A DNA stretch of 58,003 nucleotides, filler included, from Catajapyx aquilonaris (taxonomy: Eukaryota): the NCBI GenBank assembly GCA_000934665.2. It is 2 parts of 2 records of this genome, joined end to end, with 100 filler letters (N's around TTAATTAATTAA, not from the genome) between each part and the next. Parts side by side here need not be neighbours in the genome. Positions count along the whole stretch, not along the records: positions 29,032 to 58,003 come from JYFJ02004844.1; 1 more part is not named here. The stretch is one strand, 5' to 3'. The translations under genes were made by a program, and so were the position numbers. The notes beneath the pieces were generated by a model. The model saw only the letters and a list, made by a program, of their open reading frames with translations, was not told the DNA's origin and ran no database searches. This document shows, one piece after another, positions 48,201 to 58,003 of the stretch (its first letter is position 1; the number at the start of each line of letters is the position of its first letter).

Positions 48201-51200
48201 AGATCCCCGGGCCTCTTAATTAATCGTGGGATTCTGCCAAGGAAATGGCGAGGAAAGGGTAAAAAATGGCGGGGTTGCAGAAAAGTCAGTCATGTTCTCA
48301 ATTCGCCGCCCTTCTTAATTAGGCTGGGAAATTTATTAGGGTAACAGCCTCTCACCAAAAAAAAAGGGTGGGCCGTAAACAGTATCCCCCCCTGTGAATT
48401 CTAGTTCCCCTAAAGTTGGTTCAGTTAGCTTCCAACTCAATCATCAGCGCTTATCACTCCAGGGGACGTTGGAGAAAAGAAGGGAAGAAAAACTCTTTTT
48501 CTGGAATAAATGCATCTTTTATCCGACTCGCGGTTATTACAAAATGAGTCGCAAGTAATATCCCCGGTAATGCGGTCTCCGTTAATTCATCATCTGCATG
48601 TCGTAATGAATTGCCTCTTTTTGGATAGTGCTCCAACAATCCTTGGCCTCTCCCGGCTCTATTCCCTCATTGTAATATTATTCCACTGCAGCCGTGTTTT
48701 GAAGATGGTCGCGGTAACTTAAGCTGGGCCTAAATTAAAAAGGGTCTGAATGAGGACATTGGCCGCATCAGAGGCACTGCAGTAATTCAATGTTTTAAAG
48801 ATATCTTCTATATCCAAAATAGGATGTAAACATCTGCATGCTTTGTGCTTTATTAATTTTTAATTATAATTTTTTAAATTTTGCAATAATGTACATGTCA
48901 TTTTGAGTACACATACACTGAAATTATCATGCACAAGACATGACAACTCTGTGCCTTCTAATCGTCCTAAGTTTATCGCTTGATGTAAAGGACTGCCAGA
49001 AGAAGTTGGCTCAAGTATACAATATTGGAGTTGCCAAGTTGCAAATTACATCCATGTCGCAAGCATCAGAATATCTCAGGAAACAGGCTCTCTCCTTGTA
49101 TAATGGGAGTCTAGTAAATTAATCATAGCGTGTGCCGTGGAGTGTTCTTTTACCTGTTAGACTAGTGGTAGCGTGTTCAAGTGGGGCTCCAGTCCTTTGG
49201 ACTTGACGAGCAATGAGGAAGGCCCATTCTCAGGGGTTGATGAGGACATTAAGAGTGAATGTAAGCTATTGGCTCCATGGCTACAAGAGACCTAAGGGCA
49301 GCTGGAACGCGTCTTAGGTGCCAGCTGTTTTTTCTTGACTTTGACACAAATTAGCCGTGAGTTGAGTAGTATAACACGTAGTTAGAGGTGTGCTGGACAT
49401 TGTGTCTGGTGATAAATACCAGGTCATTTTTGTCGTCTGGACCCGAAACATGTCTTGGAGCCTTTCGAGTTAATGAAACGAGTAGAACCAGGCCCAAATT
49501 CCGCCCCATCTCTTCACATTAGCCTAGCAAATTCTAGCGCTTGCAAAGCAGTCGTAAAGTGCGGATTTTGCGTCTTAATTCCTCATGCATGGAGGCATAA
49601 AAAGGTCGACGCCTCCTCTCGCTCCGTCGCCTCCCGAAAATCCTACATAGTATATATAGCTAACCCTCGCTGCTTCTTCTTAGAAAGAAGCACCGTAAAT
49701 AAAGCGAATCGAGATTGGTGTGTTTGTCCGGACGCAAACGGTGTCGTCGCGACGCTTCCTGGTGCTGACTCGCTGGGAAAGGTGGGCGGGTATGATTCGC
49801 CAGACATAAAGCACAATCTTCCGACAGACTCTGATGAAGACTCATAGGGGTCTCTCGGTAAGCGGTACAAGTTGAGGGGGGGTACAGTTCCTTCTCTTAG
49901 CTCAGAACCTAGGAACTCGAGACAGATCTAGGAGGCAATTAGTCTGATTTAGACGCCGGAGCTTGCCTCTCTGCTGCAAGCCCTTCATTTTACCTCTAGT
50001 AGCAGGAAGGAGGACTTGGGAGCCTCTTATTAAGTAGCCGCCGCTATCTTTGCTGTCGTCGTCGTAGTCCCCAAACGCCCTAGTCATTTTGCTCTAAGCT
50101 GTTTTCGAGACGGAGCAACAAATATATTGGAAACTGGTTGTTAGTCGGCTTATTAGACAGCGTAAGTACTGTACAACCGGTTTCGACAAAGGGCCCCATA
50201 TTCTTGCGAGCACCTAAGGGCTATGCAGGTGGTGCGCCGATGCGGATGGACAAACCGTGGCAATACATGGGAGTGTGTTTCGCACCGCGCGGCCCGGGAG
50301 CCATAACCGGAGGGGGAATAAAACCCGAAGCTCGCAGCCCGGAAAATCTCCTCCATAAACGCGATAGGTGGGCAGGAGAGGTCGGGAGGCAGCTTCCCTC
50401 CCTCCCCATACTATTTAGCCACCCCCTACCATGCTGCTAGGTTGTGCTGGCACATTACGTTTATTAGGGGAGGCCGACTCCGACAACGCCCATCACGCGC
50501 CGCGCTGTTTCTTTGCCCTTCGGACGCGTAAAGGCAGGCCGGATAGGGTCGTAACTTGGCACCGAATGAGTTGGCAATTCTGGAACCCAACCTCCCCCGT
50601 TTTTTTGGGGGGGGGGATGGCGGGGGTGAAAGAATGAGAGGAAGGTAGAAAGAAGGGGGTGGGTCCACCAGCTGCTGGGGATCCTGTTGAACATTGGGTG
50701 GGGGAAAGGAAGAGGAAATTTTTCTGGGCGGTGGTCGTTCAAGCAGTCTCTTCAAGGGGAGTGTTGCCGCCCAAGTAGGTGTTACCACACTTGTAACAAC
50801 GTGCTCAGAATATTTTACGAAGGGGTTCCCTTTTTGGGAGAGAGTTATGGACATGGCCGGCTGTACAGTGTGGTCTGCTCTGAAAGTTCCGGAGTGTTGG
50901 GGAACAAGGGCTGGTCATACATCTCCCGGTAGTGTTGTGGACACTGTTGCCTTGTTCAAGTTGGACGAGAGATGGCACCACCAGGTGCACGCCATCTCTC
51001 GTCCAAATTGAGCATGGCAACTTTTTCCCCCTCTTGTTCCAACACTTTTTCTCGACGCTAAAATGGAATTCTGGTAGCTCACCACCGAGGTAAGTTATCA
51101 GCATGGGGAAAATTCAAATTCCCCTTCTCTCTCACACAAGGGCGACAGGGTTAAAGCTAGAGAGAAAGCTGAGAGGAGAAATAAATGTATTCGTCGCCGT

Positions 51201-54200
51201 TCCCGGTTAACATGCAGGCCAACAAGCCATTCCACTACTTCGATCCCTCCCCGGGAAAAGAGAGAAACGTCAGTTTGGCAGCGGACATGGCAAGAGCGAT
51301 GAAAGGAAGCGGCGGCACGTACAAGAAGGCTCTCGGTGTCCCGAAATGAATCAGTCAGGCTGCCCACGTTCCTTCGCCACCATCTCTCCTTCTTCTTTTC
51401 TTCTTCTTTTTTTCCCTTTTTCTCCCCACCGTCTTCTCCTGATGCTGCCCCTACTCATGCATAGGTGATGATGGACCGAGGACAGTTTTCAGGGTATGTC
51501 ACAGGGGGAGTTCTAGAGGGCATTGCCAAATCGTCTCCAGGCCACATTCTCATCATCATTATTATCCGGGGGAGCCTTTTGTGCTCTTATGGCTCTATCC
51601 CTCTTCGATTTACGACGGAGCTCCGCAGATGGCTGTGATGCCAAGGGGTGAAATAGGGGCAGCAGCAGCAGCATTTGGGTCCTCCTGGACCCGGGACCCG
51701 ATATCGGATAGATCTGAAGCAAGCGACGGGCTCTTTGTCCTTGTTTTCATTCCACTTCAGCCTACGTGTTGTTGGCAGGTCGGAAATTTTGGGCCGTCTG
51801 GGAGAATTTTGTACCTCAGAGAATTTCCCACTGGAGCGATTTGTTACCATTTGTATGCTCACCTTATCGTATATCCAGCGCTCTCGGACAACTATAGGAT
51901 CTGGACTGTTTTTCATGCAGTTTAATACAATTCCGGGACATTGTTTTAAAATGACGCGTTTTAATATATTGCGGTCTGTTATTACTCATGTTTTGATATA
52001 TGATGAAATATGTAACGTTTCTTCCTTCTTGGAGTTATAACGCAGCAGGTTATTTCAGCTGTTTATGTTATGATCAGTCTCAGTTATGCGGGTCGCTTAT
52101 TTCACGAACGTTTAAGGTTCACTCTTGATTGCACTTAAAGTCTTCTAAATATCAATGGCAATGACAGCAAAAAAGCGGCATAATAATATTATAGGCGATG
52201 TATTTTTGGTAAGTTCCTTGAAGTGCGTAACTATAGCATATTATTTTGCGAAAGTTGAGGGGCAGTGTGGAGGTTTCACGAAGTCATCTTCTACGTTTCC
52301 AACGGTTACGTAATTAGGTATTTTTATGTCAATGCCCATATAAAATAATTTGTAAGATAATTTGTCCCGTTTTCACCTTGTCATTGAAACTGACTGACAT
52401 TTTTTGACGGACACAATAGAGAATCGATGACGTGTGTCATGTTGAATTTAATGAAGTGTCAAAGCATAACCTTCGAACGAAACATTGCATATATGGCATA
52501 AGGACAGCATTATTTTGAACTTTCACGATGAATAATTTTTCTGTTACTCAAATAACCGCTGCAATTTATTTTTGGGCGAGCTTGTTTTGCCATAATCAAA
52601 TTTTTGTGTGGATTAAAATTCATTTGAATACGAAGCAAAAGTTTCTGTGCATAATTAAAGTAATTACCTAAAAATTGCAGCCAGGCCTAAATATATTGCC
52701 ATTTTACATACATGTAAGCAACATAGTGCAGGAAGCATAGCTAGATTTAACGAAAATATTTAGCAGATTCATGCAGACCTAATATATGAATATCGATTAT
52801 CGACCCAGTAATCATAAAACGTGAAAAGCCACCAGTGTGTACAATAGAATTACAGCATAAGGGCTATACACTATACAGAGTAGTGTATACTGTAAGCTGT
52901 ATGGGTTGCGGAGAACTTCTAAGTGGATTCAAGTGTTTGTTGTTGTCTATGCGTTTAGTGAGTAATAAATTTAATTTTGTGTTATTTTATCCAGGTACCG
53001 ATGAAATTAAGTTTTGGGAAATACCAGTTGTGCGTCTGTCAATAATAAATATATTGACACCCCATAATTTTTTTAAAGGCAAATAAATATATATCCACAT
53101 TCCCGTACAGCATGCAACAGCTCATATAAATTCTGGTTGACGGAAGCAAGGTTTGATGTTTAAAAATTAATAGCTTATTACAAATCAGTATAGGTTCGCA
53201 AAGTTTTGCGATATATCACAAAAACTACTATGAAATATAGCAGAAGGAACGCTACAACGTAAAGAACTCTAAAGATCAGTCACGCCCCGAAGCACAAAGT
53301 GAAATCTGCTAAGCTAAATCATCATTTTATTTAGAATTACCCTCCAAAATTTGTCGAATTTGTTTCCCAAGTGCAGCTAGTATAGCATTCACCTCCGGAA
53401 CAAGCGATGGCCCGTGAATTTAAGCCCTTCCGATCCTGCAGCTTCCGACAGAAACCAAAGCCGAGAGCTTGGATGGTTTCCACTCACCGCCCAAAAAGGC
53501 CCAAGCCAACTCGAGCACTTGTACGAAAAGAAAAGGAATCCCCACCCAAAAAATATATAAGAGGTCGGCTGAGGAAATGTGTAAGCTGGCAGGGGCTTTT
53601 CTCCGGGCCATCTTCCTCCGTCCGTCCGGTTCCGCTCCGGAGGACTCCCACCAGCTCCCTCAGGATTTCTCGCTTCCTCTCCCGAATCGGCTCCGGAAAC
53701 TGTCCAAGCTGGGCCTAGCCAAATGAGAGCCCCATCTAAATGCAAAGGCAAGGGCGAGAACAGGGGGCGGGCTGACCCAGCAACCATCCCCCCTTTGACC
53801 TCCTTTTCCCAACAGAAGCTAAGCCCTAGAATCGGTTTGTCGCTAATTTCAAAACTTTTTTCTCTTCCACAAGCTTTACGGTCAGGGCACTAATGTCCTC
53901 CCACAATTTGCATCTAGATTCACCCGCCCAAGGAACAGCCTAAATAAAGTTAGACACATTCTAAGAAAATCTCTGCAAGAAGTTGAGAGGCGTGTGAGCT
54001 GCTGAAAAGTCAGTTGAAGTGAAAAGAGAGAAGGAGGTGGAGGAAAAGAATGATTCAATTTCCCAGTGAAAAGGCCGATTGGGCATTCCCGGAAATCGCC
54101 GGGGGTGTCATCGGCTGTGGAAATACGCAGGTCCATGTCCTGACGGCGAGAAAGTTGGCTTCTGAGGAACCGGGACAAAAAAAAAAAGGGTCGTCAAGAC

Positions 54201-57200
54201 ATCCAGGGCACGTTCATTGAGCCGAAGAGTCCCGGAGGCAAGTATAAAGCATGAAATGGATGTCTGGTGAGGTCCACAGAAATTCGTAGGAGGATCTGCA
54301 GGTTGGTGCCAGGGTTGTTGGCAACAGGCCTCGATTATAATGAAGGAAGGAAGTGCTTGAGTGGGCTTGACGTGAGGCCGATGTACTGTCGCTTAGGGGT
54401 GTGTATGTGGTAGCAAAGGGGGAGAGACTTACGGTGTAGCGTAGAAGTCATCTCGAACCCTTCTAGATGCAAATGAGATGTAGTGGTGAGGTCAGGCGGG
54501 CGTTTGTCGGAATCGGGCCAGATGGCAAGAGTTCTAGAGGGGAAATGGGGAGACTCTTGGAGAAATCTGTTCTTCGGAGGGGGTGGTGGGAGTGTCTGTG
54601 ACAGCTTCATCTCCGAGCTGTTGCAGAGGCTAGTTAGCTTCCAGTGTCACTTGGGCATATCTAGAAGGGTTTTCTCATCTTGTCCTCAGGGTGATTCAGA
54701 GTTTGTGCAGTCCTATCCCCTCTGAGGAATGAAGATGCGCGCTTTGTCTCTGTAATGGCGAAGGAAGGATGCAAATGTATTCCTGCTGCTCATTTCTGGA
54801 TTGAGGAATAGTTTGAGGGTAATTCCAAACGTGGAAATTGGCAACTATGTGTCTAATGAACCGGAAGTCTTGACCTGGGGCTTACCTGCGACTACAATCA
54901 TCATTACTATCAGCCACATCGTGATGTGTTTAAACAATGTGAAATAGCATTTAGATATAAAATAAGTGGGAAAATAGTTTTCCATGAGTAGTTATATAGG
55001 CTATTTCAAGAATGTACAGAAAATCGTCCTTATGGAAGCTCGTGCATTGTTGCGTGATGGTTCTAATTAGCCTAAAGGTGAGAGGAACCCATATGGAACA
55101 AGCTACTGAGAAGAAAATCTAATTACATTTGCCTAGCGCCGATTTTTAAATTTAATTGATTTATGCAATCAGGTTAATAGCATCAGGCTCTAAAACGGCT
55201 TTTGTTAATATTTTATTAGCTGATTATCTGAGCGTGATAAACTCAAAATTCATGAATACATATTGCGCTATTTCGCTTCCCTGTAACGAAAAAGAGGTTT
55301 GGCTGGAATATCCATCACCGGAGGACCATCAAAAAATTTCGACCGGTCGCCATCTTTGGATGCAAAAAAAGCCCTACATCGCTTATTACCGCACCTAATT
55401 TACTGGTTTGCAACAATTACACAAAATATAATCGAGTTACAGTAAACCACTAAAAGGAACAGCTTATAGCTGATCCTTGCCGCTACATTTTTGTAAGAAA
55501 AAGCAAAAAAAGAAAGAGCATCCTATTCCTGGGAGAACAATTTTATCCGGTGTTTTAAAGCCCCTCCGACTCCTTTTCTTTTGTCAATTCCCACTAGACC
55601 TCAGCCAAAGTGCAAAAAAGCCGCAATGTTTTCAGAGGCGAATCTACCATCAGAGTAATTATGGTCCAGAGAGGCGCTTTTCCACCTAGTTGGTATTCCG
55701 GTAAGGAGTCGGTTCTATTTGAGGGAGGCGAGAGGTTGTGGGAGCCTGTGGGGAGTGGGGGAAGAGGTTGATGAGGGGCTAATTGCTTCCGTAGGAGGCC
55801 AGGAAAGGGCGGGGTTCAGATCCTCCGAGGTCTGAGGTGAAAGAGGGAAGGTGGGAAAGGATCCGCCCTATTCTCCACCTTTGGATTTCAATCGACCCTC
55901 ACCGAATATTAGTGACTTGTACGTATATACCTGCTTGGAGAACTCTATAGGGTCCTTTTTTCACAAGAATAGAGAATGGCAGAGACTATGTTGAATAAAA
56001 CATGCTATTATTCGAGTCTGGCCGGGACCAAGCAACAAGCTTTCAGTTGGACGTCGCAATTCTTTCTCTCGCATGTTGACACTGCAAAGAAGAAGGGGGA
56101 GGTCCCCGGGCACCCATATCGCCAAGGAGGATCCCCCTTCCACTTATCTTTTCCCCCTCCTCCTGCAAGAAGAATTGCCCTTGGAGGTAGGCTGCTAGAG
56201 AAGATGTGCAAAAGGATGCTTCTATCCAGACTGGCAAGAGAAATCTGGGCCTTTCCAACCTCGCTCTGCCACTTCCATCGCTTTCCCTTGGCATAAAGTG
56301 TTCCAAATGAGGCCGCACCCCCTCGATAGGCCCAGTTATTTTTTACGGGGATTTCCCGGCCTCATTATTCAAGCTTCCTGCAAAAACCAGAGGGAAGCAA
56401 CGGCGGCATGCTAGAGAAAAATCTGCATCTCGGGAGGATTCCACAAAAGACTGCTTGATCTGCGCCATTCACTCGCCTCAACTTTTTTTCTTTCTTCTAA
56501 CCAGACGGCCCACTATTCCTTTTTTGCCTACTGTTGCTACTGACAATGGGTTAAAAATTGCTAGCCGCCTACTTCAATCACTGCGGCGGAACAGGGAAAT
56601 AAAATGGGCACATTCCGCAATGCAACACTGCAGTGGATTCACAATAAATGCGATTGTCGAAATCTGGATGAAATGAAAGGAAAATAGGCCAATTTTTGAA
56701 TTATTTATAGTACCGTATATAGTGTGTCACTTTGGATTAGAAAGAAGTATTTTACCTTTGAATCGTGTGTATAGGGATGTAATTTTCCGGGTAGGGATCC
56801 AAGTGTTGGCCACGGGGGAGGAAGCAATTTGACACGGGGAATGGTGCAGTTGGCAAGGAGCACAACAAGGGGAGGGGGAGAAAGAGGCGGTGATTGCAGA
56901 GGGACCAGGGAATTCATGCTGATTCCACCCAAGACCTGAAGAAAGGAAAGGAAAGAAATAGACCCCCACCATTTCTGTCTTTATCTCACGAATTGTGTCT
57001 GGTATCGATGTGTCCACACTGCCATATTCATTATTGTGGTCTGGGTGGCAAGAGAGCGCAATAATACAAAACGTTCACATATATTTGCTCCAAAAAAGCA
57101 CCATCATCACTGCTGTCCTGTCACATAATTTATAGCAAACGTCCGCCTCCGCATTGCGCCCTGAAAAAGGGCCATGAATTAAAAGGTGGCTATGGTTTGT

Positions 57201-58003
57201 CGCAACGATGGTCCCTCGAACATTTTCCATGTTTGTCACGTCACGGTATCCCCTCCTCTCCATTATAGAAACCCTTCTAAAAGAGAAAAAAAAATGCGCT
57301 CTGCAATTTAATGTTGACAATTAGGCGACACGGGTGGGCTGTCTCCCAGCAGGTGCATGTTTTTGTGACTTTTTGAAGATAAAAATGCAGCTTAAGCGAA
57401 TAGCACGCCCTACTCTTATCCAAGAAGCGGAATGAGCTTCCGCATGACAATAGTTTTGAGGGAGGAAGGTGTCCCCCGGAACAAAGAGCGGTGCATGCCG
57501 AGGGCCTAAAATCGGCCTAAAATGTAAATAGAGCTAGGGAAAAGCGGGGAAAGGGGGTTCCATTATCCCCCAGCCGCTTTCCTTCCGTCCCCATTCCAAA
57601 AATTGCAACATCACCCCGACGGTAATTCCTACTAATTGACAATCCTCCAAGCAGGATATTCGTGTTTAATCACAGTGTTGTGCCCGTCCTCCTACTAATG
57701 ATGTCATACTGCATTCGGAGTTGCCATATTTTCACATTTCTTGGCCCAATCTATGCTGGTACCACGCTGGTACTATTAAACTACTTCGCTGTATGTGTGA
57801 GCTCGTTCTGCGCCTGCGCTATGGAGCGCCTCGGGTGGTTGGGAGTCGGAACTAGTTCCTCATATGTGTTTACTCACAGATTCTGCCCGGTTTTAATTAC
57901 CGGCCACTTTTACTAGTTACTAGTACTCACCTTGGCTATAATTACATCTCTCCTTGAACGTGGCAACAATGGTACGCCATCCTGTAAATAAGTAATGCGA
58001 CGT

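Noticed and set aside
44436..56318. ORFs of 100-140 aa (44436, 46882, 49455, 50426, 51581, 53389, 55976)
   Set aside because: They have no domain motifs, overlap on both strands, are driven by G/C homopolymers and show no consistent splice pattern.

Overview
This is eukaryotic, arthropod-type (probably insect) genomic DNA, and most ORFs in the supplied track are spurious. The left half (1-28.9 kb) holds four intact five-exon takeout/juvenile-hormone-binding-protein (JHBP) family genes on the + strand; genes 3 and 4 lie in a recent ~3.6 kb tandem duplication. Between genes 2 and 3 are (i) at least seven decayed, intronless divergent ionotropic-receptor (IR) fragments on the - strand (6.3-13.3 kb) and (ii) a 5'-truncated farnesyl-diphosphate-synthase-like pseudogene whose last recognisable exon is split by a CCC-terminated transposon. 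Many nested MITEs (PIF/Harbinger-, Sola-, CMC/EnSpm-like and others) are also present. The most unusual signal is a cluster of at least seven ~60-90 nt fold-back hairpins in the IR pseudogene array. Several have one arm made of IR coding sequence and the other arm an inverted copy, and most fold better on the - (IR-sense) strand, making this a candidate pseudogene-derived hpRNA/miRNA locus. After a 100-nt scaffold gap (28932-29031), the remaining 29 kb has no coding sequence I can support and looks like a large intron or regulatory desert. All alignments and counts were done by eye; no searches were run.
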